A DNA stretch of 64,000 nt from Minisyncoccota bacterium (GCA_018062765.1 JAGORR010000001.1:282173-346172), one strand, 5' to 3'. Shown: positions 18,856-29,456, numbered from the stretch's first letter. Notes: a model not told the origin generated them from the sequence alone. A program made the numbers and translations.

Positions 18856-18879
18856 TGCACCAAAGGGTACGATTAGGGT

Positions 18880-19524
18880 ATGATTTCGCGCCCCGTCGCA
18901 GCCGTCGATCTTGACGCGCTTTATGCGAAGCCACTTACTTCGCTCCTCATTGCTCGGATGGTGGAGCGCGACCTCATGCCGGAAGAATCGCTCCGCATAC
19001 CGAGGCTCCCCGACGCAGCACGTCTGCCTGCTCTTGGACGGGCCCTAAAGGGTGTCGCGTACGACGAGGCGGAGGCAATGGCAAACGAGCTTACCGAGGA
19101 GCACAAGGGAAGGGTATTTCCGTACGTGATGGGCATGCTACTTGAGCTTAAGAGCCGTGGATACTTTCTGCTTGCGATATCGGGCGCACCGCGTTTTTTG
19201 GTCGACGGATTCGCGTACGAAGCAGGGTTCGATAAGTCATACGGTTCCTTCTTCGCAACCGGAGCCTCGGAACGTTTTACGGGCGCGGTGGAAGACGAGG
19301 AAGTCATAACCAATCGCGGGGCAGTGCTGCAGCGCGCTGTGAGGAAGGAGAAGTTGGTGATGAAGGGCTCGGTAGGGCTCGCGGCATCCGCTTCGTTCAT
19401 CCCTGTTCTTGAAATGGTAGAGAATCCACTTGTCTTTAATCCAGACCACGAACTTCGCGCGCATGCCGAAAAGAGGGGATGGAAGGTCGTCTTAGAGGAG
19501 GACGGAACCGTCTACAAGCTCTGA
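18880..19524 (+). CDS. HAD-superfamily hydrolase-like protein (HAD-IB-like, motifs partly degenerate)
   Basis: AAVDLDALY (DxD-like motif I), ISGAPRFLVDGFAYEAGFDK, and a C-terminal motif region resembling the phosphoserine-phosphatase-like subfamily. Confidence 0.5.
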   Translation: MISRPVAAVDLDALYAKPLTSLLIARMVERDLMPEESLRIPRLPDAARLPALGRALKGVAYDEAEAMANELTEEHKGRVFPYVMGMLLELKSRGYFLLAISGAPRFLVDGFAYEAGFDKSYGSFFATGASERFTGAVEDEEVITNRGAVLQRAVRKEKLVMKGSVGLAASASFIPVLEMVENPLVFNPDHELRAHAEKRGWKVVLEEDGTVYKL

Positions 19525-19552
19525 AAAGCGCGTTTTGCTACAATAGGTCTAT

Positions 19553-19789
19553 ATGAAAGAGCTCACCAAAAGCAGGGAGAACCGCGTGATAGCGGGCGTA
19601 CTCGGGGGTATCGCTGAATATGTTGATGTCGATCCAGTCATCGTTCGATTGGTCTACTTGGCAGCAATGCTTGTGACCGCGGTTGCCCCAGGCATCGTCT
19701 TCTACATCCTTGCGGCGCTCATCATGCCGAATGCTCCTCATAACGCACCACGCGTATACGATGTTCGTGATGACGCCGAGCAAGTTTAG
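19553..19789 (+). CDS. PspC-domain membrane protein
   Basis: RENRVIAGVLGGIAEYVDVDPVIVRLVYL plus one TM. Confidence 0.7.
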   Translation: MKELTKSRENRVIAGVLGGIAEYVDVDPVIVRLVYLAAMLVTAVAPGIVFYILAALIMPNAPHNAPRVYDVRDDAEQV

Positions 19790-20657
19790 GAAAGTAGTTC
19801 TCGATTATTATCGGGCGCATGGTAGGCATCACCTTCCCTGGAGGAGGACGCGCGACCCGTACCACATCTTGGTGTCCGAGGTAATGCTGCAGCAGACGCA
19901 GGTGGACCGTGTCATTCCGTTTTACAAGGATTTCATACGTTCGTTTCCGACCTTACAAGCGCTCGCAAAAGCACCGCTTGCGCGTGTGCTTACACACTGG
20001 CAGGGCCTTGGCTATAACCGCAGGGCGAAGATGCTCCACGAAGCTGCAAAAGCGATTGTGCTCGACAGGGGAGGACGTTTCCCGACTCGTCTTGAGGATA
20101 TCGAGAGCTTGCCTGGCGTAGGACCCTATACCGCGCGAGCGGTCGTCGCGTTCGCGTACGACAGGGACGAGATACTTATCGAAACCAACATACGCACCGC
20201 TATCGTTTACCACTTCTTTCCAGACGCAGCCGTGTCCTCCGACGACGATATTAGGAATGCTTTAGATAGTGCGCGACCCAAAATTGCGACAGGTAGGAAG
20301 TCAAATGAAATCGTTAGTGCACGAATCTGGAATGCAGCCTTAATGGACTACGGCGCAGCGTTAAAGCGTCAGGGAGTTCGCACTAATGCGCGCGTGAAAG
20401 GGTATACAAAACAGAAGCGATTCGACGGGTCCTTGCGCCAAGCTCGCGGCGCCGTTTTGCGTGCACTTGTTGGAGGCCCCATGACTGGCAGTAAACTCTC
20501 GCAGCTCCTGGGGACGGATCGCGAAGCACAGGTTAAGGGGGCGCTCGCAAGCCTTACGAAAGAGGGATTGGTCGAGCTTCAATCGGGGCGTTTTCGGCTT
20601 CCCGGCAGCACACATTTCGTATCGAGAACGATGCGTAGAGCCCCAAAACGGAGATAA
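19761..20657 (+). CDS. MutY/EndoIII-like HhH-GPD DNA glycosylase lacking Fe-S cysteines, with extra C-terminal domain
   Basis: ...LPWRRTRDPYHILVSEVMLQQTQVDRV...LPGVGPYTARAVVAFAY (HhH-GPD). No C-x6-C-x2-C-x5-C cluster. Start overlaps the end of pspC by ~29 nt (alternative ATG at 19770). Confidence 0.7.
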   Translation: MFVMTPSKFRKVVLDYYRAHGRHHLPWRRTRDPYHILVSEVMLQQTQVDRVIPFYKDFIRSFPTLQALAKAPLARVLTHWQGLGYNRRAKMLHEAAKAIVLDRGGRFPTRLEDIESLPGVGPYTARAVVAFAYDRDEILIETNIRTAIVYHFFPDAAVSSDDDIRNALDSARPKIATGRKSNEIVSARIWNAALMDYGAALKRQGVRTNARVKGYTKQKRFDGSLRQARGAVLRALVGGPMTGSKLSQLLGTDREAQVKGALASLTKEGLVELQSGRFRLPGSTHFVSRTMRRAPKRR

Positions 20658-21756
20658 GAATACCTGACACGAGGAAGAGCGTAAGGTATCCGCCAAAATA
20701 AAGAAGAACGCTACCAAGCAAGGGAGAGATGAGTGCAGCTACCGGGCGCATCATGCGGAACAGCTCGACGGTGGTCGGATCGCGGTCGGTAACCGAGCGG
20801 AAGAAATGACCCTCGGTCATTGCCTCGACGAGCGCAGCTCCTATGCGGGAGATGACGAGAATCGTGAGGACTAGGAGCAGGGAGCTGCCGATAGAAAGGA
20901 ATCCGACCAACGCGAACGCAGAACCGGTTGTCAGAAATCCGAGCGCCATTAGATTCCGGTCGCCATGACGGTCAGCTTCTACTCCTGCGGGGTACTCGAT
21001 AAGGACGAACGGAATGAGCATCACCGCAAACATCCATCCCAGGGTGTCCCACGGAATGCCAACCACGGTAAACAGGTAGAGCGAGATGTAGAGTGGCGCG
21101 AGGTGATAGAACACCTGAAGCACGAAATTTGCGAGGAAAGTACCTCGGAGGTCTGAGTTTCCCATTGCGCAGCGAAACACATCTCGTAGTCGGTGGTAAC
21201 GCGGTGGCTCTGCCTCAGGAATGCGTGTCAGGCTCATAAGGACGATGAACGGCACAAGGGACAGGGCGGCGGCGGTAAATACGCGCGAATACTCGGCGCC
21301 GCCATCAAGCAGTAGCGCGATGATGATGGGAGCTGCAAGAAGCGGGATGTTACCGGCCGTGAGGAACGCGGTGCGGACTTTGCCGGTCACGCTTTCGGTC
21401 TGCATAGTCGCTTCCAAGAGAAGGTCAAGCGCATAAGCAATAAATGGAGAAAGTGCGCCGGTAAGCGCTATTGCCACGAGTGCGACCGCGGGAATGGGCA
21501 AAAGTACTAGAGTAGAGAACAACGAAGTCTGAATAAGACCTACGATAATCGCAAAACGGCGCACACTAACACGGCGCAGAATAGCCGGCACATGAGGGAA
21601 TATGAGAAGCGTTACCACGGCGCCAGCGGCGACCACCAGTCCGACGTACTCCGCCGGCAGCATTGTCCCCAAGTAGGGGCCAAGGATGTAGGTAACCAAA
21701 TAGAAATGCCCGACGGAGAGGAAGTTAGCGAGGGCGAGCGTCCAGCGTACGTGCAT
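20554..21756 (-). CDS. MFS transporter
   Basis: About twelve hydrophobic helices, MFS-like loop between TM2 and TM3. The 3' end overlaps the convergent glycosylase gene by 104 nt. Confidence 0.75.
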   Translation of the reverse strand: MHVRWTLALANFLSVGHFYLVTYILGPYLGTMLPAEYVGLVVAAGAVVTLLIFPHVPAILRRVSVRRFAIIVGLIQTSLFSTLVLLPIPAVALVAIALTGALSPFIAYALDLLLEATMQTESVTGKVRTAFLTAGNIPLLAAPIIIALLLDGGAEYSRVFTAAALSLVPFIVLMSLTRIPEAEPPRYHRLRDVFRCAMGNSDLRGTFLANFVLQVFYHLAPLYISLYLFTVVGIPWDTLGWMFAVMLIPFVLIEYPAGVEADRHGDRNLMALGFLTTGSAFALVGFLSIGSSLLLVLTILVISRIGAALVEAMTEGHFFRSVTDRDPTTVELFRMMRPVAALISPLLGSVLLYFGGYLTLFLVSGILISVLGLYASFSIRNVCCREAENAPIEARPIPLS

Positions 21757-21944
21757 GCTGAGCGCATTTTAGCACTCCGGAGGCACGACACCTCGCGAAT
21801 CACTCGTGGTAATTCGAGAATCCATCAAGAAAGGGAGCGAGGTTAACTTTAATAGTGCTTCGCGAGGTGCGTGCCTCCTCCGTAATGAGAAATGCCGCCA
21901 GCCTGAGGGCTGGCGGCATTTCTCTCGCTTCGTAGAAGCGGATG

Positions 21945-23891
21945 CTACACGCCGATGAGGACAGGGATGACCATCGGTGCCTTGTTCGTTCGTGTGAAGA
22001 GGAAACCTGCGAGAGCGTCCGTAAGCGTGTTCTTCACGTAGTCGAGGTCGACCGGGTTCATGCCCTGAGTCGTATCCTCAACCGTCTTCTTGATGAGGAG
22101 ACGCGCCTGATTAAGCATGTCTTGGCTCTCCCGGAGGTAGACGAAGCCGCGGCTGATGATGTCCGGGGACTTGCGGAGCTTTCCGGTCTTGAGGTTCACG
22201 GTCGCAATCACCACGAACATGCCGTCCTTGGCAAGCATCTGTCGGTCGCGGATGACCACCTCCTGCATGTCTCCGATAGCGAAGCCGTCGACCACGAGCG
22301 GGGAAGAGGGAACCTTCTGCTTGTGTATCTCCATGCGCTCGCCATCAATAAGATCGATGACGGTACCGTTATCAGCGACAACGATAGAGTCGCGCGGACG
22401 TCCTGCCTGCTCGACCGCCTTCGCATGCGAGTGCGTCATCGAGTAGTAGCCATAGGCTGGCATGAAGAACTTCGCGTTTATCTGCTTATTGAACCAGATA
22501 AGCTCGCCTGTGTTCCCGTGCCCGGTCGAGTGAACGTCGCTCGAGCGGTAGTGAATCAAGGAGACTCCCTTGCGGTAGAGGTTATCTTTGAGGCGCTGCA
22601 CCGATATCTCGTTACCCGGAATGACCGAGGAGGAGAGGATGATGGTGTCGCGGTCGTTGAAGGTGAGGTGCTTGTTCTGACCGGTCGCGATGCGGGTCAA
22701 GGCACCGAATTCCTCGCCCTGGGCGCCGGTTGCAAGCACGACTACTTTATCTGGCGGATAGTCTCCGACTTCCTGAGTCGGGATGAACGTTCCTTTCTGC
22801 GGAATCAAGAGTCCCGTCTTCTGTGCGATTTCGAGATTGTTCTTTATGGAACGACCCTCGGTGACGATTTTCTTGCCCAAGGATTCCGCCGTCTTGATGA
22901 TGTGAATCATGCGGTCGAACTGGGAGGAGAGGGTGCCGATGATAAGGCGCCCCTTCACCGTCTTAATGATTTCCTCCAAGGTCTCGGAGACCTTCTTCTC
23001 CGGAATGGAGAATCCGTCCTTCTCAGCGTTCGTTGAGTCGGCGATGAAGAAGAGGTTCTTCTGCGCTGCAATTACGCCCCAGTTCTTCTTCTCAAGGTCG
23101 GACGGCTCTCCGTTGACGTGGTCGAGTTTCAAGTCACCCGTAACGACGACGTTGCCGTAGGGAGTGCGCAAGGACACGCCCATCGCGTCAGGGATGGAGT
23201 GCGTGACGCCGAAGAACTCGACTTGGGACGAGCCAATGGTAATTACCTGGCCGACGTCGACCGTAATGATTTCTGGCTTCGGGATGTCCGGGTATTCTTC
23301 GTAGCGCTTCGCGATCATCACTGCGGTCAGGTTTCGGGTGTAGATAGGTGGGTTTCCGAAACGGGTCAACAGGAACGGAATGCCGCCGATGTGGTCGAGG
23401 TGGCCGTGGCTCACGATGACTGCGCGGACGCGGTCTGCGTTTTGCTCGAGGTAGTGCGTATTCGGGAGGATGTAGTCGACGCCAGGGGTAGTGTCACCCT
23501 GGACGAACTGGAAGCCCGCGTCGAAGACGAAAATATCGTCGTGCGTCTCGACCGCGTACATGTTTCGGCCAACTTCCTCGCAGCCGCCAAGAGGGACGAT
23601 GCGGACGATATTCTCGGCCGCACGAGGCGGATTGTAGTCGGCCGTGCGTTCACCGCGAGGGCCCGATGGGCCTCCTGGGCGGCGCAGTATGCGACGAATG
23701 TCGCGGGTCGCTTTGCCGGGACGGTTGCCGCGCTCGCCGCGAGCGCCACCACGTGCGCCACGAAAGCCGCCTGCTCGTCCTGCGCCTTGAGGGCGGCGCG
23801 GGCGATCGAATGCGCGTGCTGGCCCGTCGGTTCCGGACGCAGGTCGAGAGTTTGGCGCCGGAGCCGGCGCAGGTGCTGGGGATGCTGCCAT
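21945..23891 (-). CDS. rnj: Ribonuclease J (metallo-beta-lactamase/beta-CASP) with N-terminal Arg/Gly/Pro-rich extension
   Basis: VSHGHLDHIGGIPFL (HxHxDH), beta-CASP and C-terminal RNase J domains. First ~95 aa: PAPAPAPAP...RPRRPQGAGRAGGFRGARGGARGERGNRPG. Confidence 0.9.
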   Translation of the reverse strand: MAASPAPAPAPAPNSRPASGTDGPARAFDRPRRPQGAGRAGGFRGARGGARGERGNRPGKATRDIRRILRRPGGPSGPRGERTADYNPPRAAENIVRIVPLGGCEEVGRNMYAVETHDDIFVFDAGFQFVQGDTTPGVDYILPNTHYLEQNADRVRAVIVSHGHLDHIGGIPFLLTRFGNPPIYTRNLTAVMIAKRYEEYPDIPKPEIITVDVGQVITIGSSQVEFFGVTHSIPDAMGVSLRTPYGNVVVTGDLKLDHVNGEPSDLEKKNWGVIAAQKNLFFIADSTNAEKDGFSIPEKKVSETLEEIIKTVKGRLIIGTLSSQFDRMIHIIKTAESLGKKIVTEGRSIKNNLEIAQKTGLLIPQKGTFIPTQEVGDYPPDKVVVLATGAQGEEFGALTRIATGQNKHLTFNDRDTIILSSSVIPGNEISVQRLKDNLYRKGVSLIHYRSSDVHSTGHGNTGELIWFNKQINAKFFMPAYGYYSMTHSHAKAVEQAGRPRDSIVVADNGTVIDLIDGERMEIHKQKVPSSPLVVDGFAIGDMQEVVIRDRQMLAKDGMFVVIATVNLKTGKLRKSPDIISRGFVYLRESQDMLNQARLLIKKTVEDTTQGMNPVDLDYVKNTLTDALAGFLFTRTNKAPMVIPVLIGV

Positions 23892-24026
23892 AAGATTCAG
23901 TTAGTAGAACGTAAGTAAGTAGTTAATACGAGAATACAATAGTGCGCGTGAAAATCCGAATAACATGATTTTCCGAACGTGCAGTGGGCAGTGGGCGAAG
24001 GACTCTAACCTTTCACCCCCTACCTT

Positions 24027-25745
24027 CTATTCGCTCAGGAGTGGCCAGACCTTCTCCGTGTACCGGTACCAGTTTCGAACGCTTGAGAAGCGATCCGAAG
24101 GCGACGTGATTTGCGGAAGTTCGATACCCCGAAGTCCTTCTGGGACTGCATATAGGAATTCCGGCGCATAGACGAAGGCGGCAGGGAAGTCGGCGGCGAT
24201 AAGGTCATTTACCGTTTGGAGGTCCGCTCGGCGTGCCTCCTCATCGAACGAAGTACGCATGCGTTCTACCAGTTCGTCGACTCGCGCATTTGCGTACAGC
24301 GAGATATTGAGCCCCGGATCGTTACGCTCTGCAGAATCCCAGAAAGGGTAGAGGTCATGATCGCGCCCGATGACCATCCCGAATAAGAGTGCTTCGTAGC
24401 GTCGTGGGCGTATCACATTCTGCGAGAGGTCGCCCGGCTCATAGAGCTCAATTGTCACCGGCACCCCGAGGCGTTCCCAATCGGTTTTGACTTGGCTTGC
24501 GACCGCCTTCAATTCCGGAACGTTCGAGGTCTTGAGGGTCACGGCGAGCGTGAGCCCCTCTTCTGCATGCTTCCACGCGCGCGCGTCGATATCGTATTCC
24601 CAGCCTGCTTCTTCGAGTGTTGCGGTTGCATCCGTAATCGCGCTTGTCGCGTCCGGTATCGGCGTCGTTTCGATCCCGGAGCCTGGTGGCACGGGGCCCG
24701 CAAGAGGCGAGGCGAATCCGCCCAAGGTCGAGCCGGCAATCTTCTCTCGATCAATGGTGCGCGAGAGGGCTTCGCGGACTTCCTTGCGCGCAAACAGGGG
24801 ATTGGCAGATGCGTTCCAGAAGACACCAAACACCCGGGAGTAGGACGCGGAGAGTGCGGTCTCGGTACGCGCGCCGTACGCGCTGTCGATGCTTCCACGC
24901 GAGAGAGCTGAGAGAAGGTCACCTGTTTCCGCGAAGAACACGAGACGTATTCGGTCGAGGTAGGGCCGCCCAAGCGCGTAGTCATCGAACGCGGATAACT
25001 CGTAGGACTCGATGATGCCTGTCTTCGTATTTCGGCTCACCGAATCTATGACAAACGGCCCAGCGCCTACCGGCATCGTCATCAAGGGAGAGAACGGGAA
25101 TTGTTCCGGCGCTTCCTCCTCCCACAGGTGCTTCGGGAGTATGCCCAAAGTCGCATTCTCAAGGAACGACGCGTAAGGCTTCTCAAGTACGAATTCCACC
25201 GTGTCGGGCGCAACCGCGGTTGCTGTCACGCCCGCCCAGTTTGCGAACTCAGGCGACTTCAAGGCTGGATCCTTGGCCTTCTCTACGGTGAACGCGACAT
25301 CGTCTGCGGTTACTGGCGTGCCGTCCGAGAACGTCGTGCCGGGGCGTAGCGTGAATGTGTACGTAAGACCGTCCGGCGAGACCTCGTAGCTCTCGGCTAT
25401 CGCCGGTATGAGTTCACCGTCACTGTTCTCCCGCATGAGTCCCGCGTAAACGAGCGCTGTTACGTCACGGTCAGCGTCTGAAAGCGCCAAGAGGGGATTC
25501 ACGAATCGCGGACTCCCGACGATACCTTCCGTAAGGCTGCCGCCGTAGGAGGGGACCGTTACCATAACGAGGTCGCGGACGCCTGAGAGTGCGTATAGGG
25601 ACGCGAATACGACGAACACTGCTAGTGCGCCAGCAATGAATCGGTCGCCAGGCGGCAACGCGGCAATATGCGCTTTTATACGAGACAAAGGTCCGCGGCT
25701 GTGCCGCGCACCAAGCTCGCCCGTCATGCGTGAAGAAAATGACAT
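24027..25745 (-). CDS. ABC-type solute-binding protein, family 5 (peptide/nickel, OppA/DppA-like). No cognate permease/ATPase genes adjacent.
   Basis: N-terminal TM/signal. Family-5 SBP signature region ...TPVTADDVAFTVEKAKDP... Confidence 0.7.
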   Translation of the reverse strand: MSFSSRMTGELGARHSRGPLSRIKAHIAALPPGDRFIAGALAVFVVFASLYALSGVRDLVMVTVPSYGGSLTEGIVGSPRFVNPLLALSDADRDVTALVYAGLMRENSDGELIPAIAESYEVSPDGLTYTFTLRPGTTFSDGTPVTADDVAFTVEKAKDPALKSPEFANWAGVTATAVAPDTVEFVLEKPYASFLENATLGILPKHLWEEEAPEQFPFSPLMTMPVGAGPFVIDSVSRNTKTGIIESYELSAFDDYALGRPYLDRIRLVFFAETGDLLSALSRGSIDSAYGARTETALSASYSRVFGVFWNASANPLFARKEVREALSRTIDREKIAGSTLGGFASPLAGPVPPGSGIETTPIPDATSAITDATATLEEAGWEYDIDARAWKHAEEGLTLAVTLKTSNVPELKAVASQVKTDWERLGVPVTIELYEPGDLSQNVIRPRRYEALLFGMVIGRDHDLYPFWDSAERNDPGLNISLYANARVDELVERMRTSFDEEARRADLQTVNDLIAADFPAAFVYAPEFLYAVPEGLRGIELPQITSPSDRFSSVRNWYRYTEKVWPLLSE

Positions 25746-25785
25746 GAGAGAACCTCTCGAATCTGCAGGCCGGAGCCCGCGGCCC

Positions 25786-26016
25786 TTAGATGAAGAACCG
25801 GACGATAACCGAAAGCACGAACAGCACGGCGATGACTATCGTCGCGTTGAACATGAATTTCTCGGCGCCCCGACGCTTGTAGAAGGTCGATGCGTAGTTG
25901 TCTGCTCCAAAAGCTCCTCCGAGGGATGCGCCCCGCGTTTGCAGGATAATCCCGAGTATAAGGAGTGCGGAGAGCGCAATCTGCGCGTAGGGCATGTATG
26001 CCACGAGTAGCTCCAT
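25786..26016 (-). CDS. secG: Preprotein translocase subunit SecG
   Basis: 76 aa, two TMs, LILGIILQTRGASLGGAFG SecG motif. Start chosen at MELLVAY. Confidence 0.7.
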   Translation of the reverse strand: MELLVAYMPYAQIALSALLILGIILQTRGASLGGAFGADNYASTFYKRRGAEKFMFNATIVIAVLFVLSVIVRFFI

Positions 26017-26154
26017 CTGTGGGTACGAATATAGCATAGTTGGGCGCTTCGCGGCAAATCCTGGCATGAGCTCCGGGCTTTCTTGGTGTAAATCTAGGCA
26101 ACCACACGAATTTCTTCTTAGTCAACCTATAAAAGCTAGTAAATACGCCACGTT

Positions 26155-26189
26155 TGACGGTCTTCATGGAGAAATCTATACTGTGGATA
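26155..26189 (+). promoter_or_regulatory. Sigma70-like promoter (TTGACG-N17-TATACT) upstream of groES. No CIRCE element recognised.
   Basis: ttgacggtcttcatggagaaatctatact. Confidence 0.35.
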
Positions 26190-26257
26190 ACTCAACGGGC
26201 AGGGAAGGAGAGCCCGTGGGATTACCAGAAAGAGCTAGTAACTACACCATATTTCGT

Positions 26258-26581
26258 ATGGCAAAGACTGATGCACTTTCAATCCGGCCGCTCGCAGACC
26301 GCGTAGTCGTCCGGCCGTCTCGGGGAGACGAGAAAAAGCTTCCCTCAGGAATCATCATTCCCGACACTGTGGATAAGGAAAAGCCGGCTACTGGCACGGT
26401 GGTGGCGGTAGGTCCGGGCCGATACGACGACGGCGACCTTCTTCCTATGTCGCTCTCAGTTGGCGACACCGTCCTCTTCTCCAAGTACGGGTATGACGAA
26501 GTGAAAATCGATGGCGAGGAGTATTACATCCTTACCGAGTCGAGCGTCCTCGCTGTCCTCCCTGCCGCAAAGAAAAAGTAG
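26258..26581 (+). CDS. groS: Co-chaperonin GroES
   Basis: MAKTDALSIRPLADRVVV...GIIIPDTVDKEKPATGTVVAVG... Confidence 0.9.
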   Translation: MAKTDALSIRPLADRVVVRPSRGDEKKLPSGIIIPDTVDKEKPATGTVVAVGPGRYDDGDLLPMSLSVGDTVLFSKYGYDEVKIDGEEYYILTESSVLAVLPAAKKK

Positions 26582-26610
26582 CTCAACTTCCCTATTTGCT
26601 TCCCTCTTAA

Positions 26611-28260
<1,650 letters not shown>

Positions 28261-28294
28261 AAAAGCGGACAGGGATTGGCGTATAGCGAACAGA

Positions 28295-28330
28295 AAAGCG
28301 GCGGTCCATAAGGACCGCCGCTTTGTATTT
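28295..28330. terminator. Bidirectional intrinsic terminator shared by groEL (+) and a small minus-strand gene
   Basis: aaagcggcggtccataaggaccgccgctttgtattt, A-tract 5' and T-tract 3'. Confidence 0.7.
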
Positions 28331-28341
28331 CTCGCGACTGC

Positions 28342-28479
28342 TTAGTCTTGCGTTGGTTTGGGGCTCGCGGCGTTCACGAACGCGAAAATCATTACGAGTG
28401 GCACGATCGTAAACGTGACGACGCCAAACGCGACCGACTTCGCAGGATTCGCCTTAACCCATGTGACCCAGGCATCCAT
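28342..28479 (-). CDS. Unlisted 45-aa single-TM protein (below ORF-track length cutoff)
   Basis: Minus-strand ATG preceded by near-perfect SD TAAGGGAGG with 7-nt spacing. Encodes MDAWVTWVKANPAKSVAFGVVTFTIVPLVMIFAFVNAASPKPTQD, followed by the bidirectional terminator. Confidence 0.5.
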   Translation of the reverse strand: MDAWVTWVKANPAKSVAFGVVTFTIVPLVMIFAFVNAASPKPTQD

Positions 28480-28534
28480 TTTTTAGCCTCCCTTAAAGAA
28501 CTAGATTCACGAATATACGCCAAAGTGTGAGCGC

Positions 28535-28828
28535 TTGCAACGCATAAAGGATGTGGCATGGTTACCGCGTGCTTCTCAAGAGGAGGGTCTCGTGCTCGTT
28601 CTTTCCCAAGGTCAAAAACTGCTGCTCATTCAGGTGCTTCTCGTTGCGCTGCTTGTTGCCTCTGTCGCAATCGGCTACTTCGCGGCCGTCTCGTCGAAAG
28701 CGATTTGGCCGGCGGCTACTGCTACTATCGGGACCGTCCCGGTAGCCTTTCTCGCCGCAGCCATGCCGGCCTACGCCTCGGTGCGCCTCAGTGTATGGCT
28801 TGAGCGCGCCTGGCTCAGGCTTCCCTAG
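28535..28828 (+). CDS. Hypothetical small membrane protein (weak)
   Basis: Hydrophobic helices; no SD identified. An alternative frame at 28551 also exists. Confidence 0.25.
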   Translation: MQRIKDVAWLPRASQEEGLVLVLSQGQKLLLIQVLLVALLVASVAIGYFAAVSSKAIWPAATATIGTVPVAFLAAAMPAYASVRLSVWLERAWLRLP

Positions 28829-28833
28829 CCCCA

Positions 28834-28867
28834 TCGGCACTTGCTTTAAGCAAGTGCCGATTCTGTT
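28834..28867 (+). terminator. Intrinsic terminator-like hairpin
   Basis: tcggcacttgctttaagcaagtgccgattctgtt. Confidence 0.5.
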
Positions 28868-28878
28868 ATACTTTTCAC

Positions 28879-29439
28879 ATGACCACTCTATACATCGTCG
28901 GCGGCATAGTCGCTGTCATCGTGCTCTGGCTCGTTTTCACTTATAACGGATTTATCACCCTCGTGAACCGTGCGAAAGAGGCGTGGTCCGATATCGAGGT
29001 GCAGATGAAGCGGCGGTATGACCTTATCCCGAACCTCGTGGAGACGGTAAAAGGATACGCGACCCATGAGCGCGAGGCGTTCGAGAGCGTAACCAAGGCT
29101 CGCACGGCAGCCATGGGCGCGCAGTCGGTCGAGGACCATGCGAAAGCAGAGAATATGCTCACGGGAGCTCTTAAGTCTCTGTTCGCGGTGGCTGAGGCGT
29201 ACCCGGACCTTAAAGCGAATACGAACTTCCTCGAGCTCCAGCGCGAGCTTTCTGATACCGAGAACAAGATTCAGGCATCTCGTCGTTTCTACAACGGTAC
29301 AGTGATGTCACTCAACACAAAGCTTCAGCAGTTCCCTGGGAACCTGGTCGGAGGCGCGTTCGGCTTTAAGGAGCGGGAATTCTTTGAGCTTGAAGAGGGA
29401 GAACAGGCAGCGAAACAGCCGGTAAAGGTCGCGTTTTAG
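28879..29439 (+). CDS. lemA: LemA family protein
   Basis: N-terminal TM then ...WSDIEVQMKRRYDLIPNLVETVKGYA...AENRI..ARR.YN (LemA signature). Confidence 0.85.
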   Translation: MTTLYIVGGIVAVIVLWLVFTYNGFITLVNRAKEAWSDIEVQMKRRYDLIPNLVETVKGYATHEREAFESVTKARTAAMGAQSVEDHAKAENMLTGALKSLFAVAEAYPDLKANTNFLELQRELSDTENKIQASRRFYNGTVMSLNTKLQQFPGNLVGGAFGFKEREFFELEEGEQAAKQPVKVAF

Positions 29440-29456
29440 CGCGCCAGAATAGTAAA

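Noticed and set aside
21942-23036. 364-aa + strand ORF
   Set aside because: Antisense to the well-supported RNase J gene; composition (H/R/D/V-rich) typical of GC-rich wrong-frame ORFs.
23118-23918. 266-aa + strand ORF
   Set aside because: Antisense to the RNase J N-terminal region; no motifs.
26068-26257. CIRCE (HrcA operator) upstream of groES
   Set aside because: No TTAGCACTC-N9-GAGTGCTAA-like inverted repeat found; only a sigma70-like promoter.
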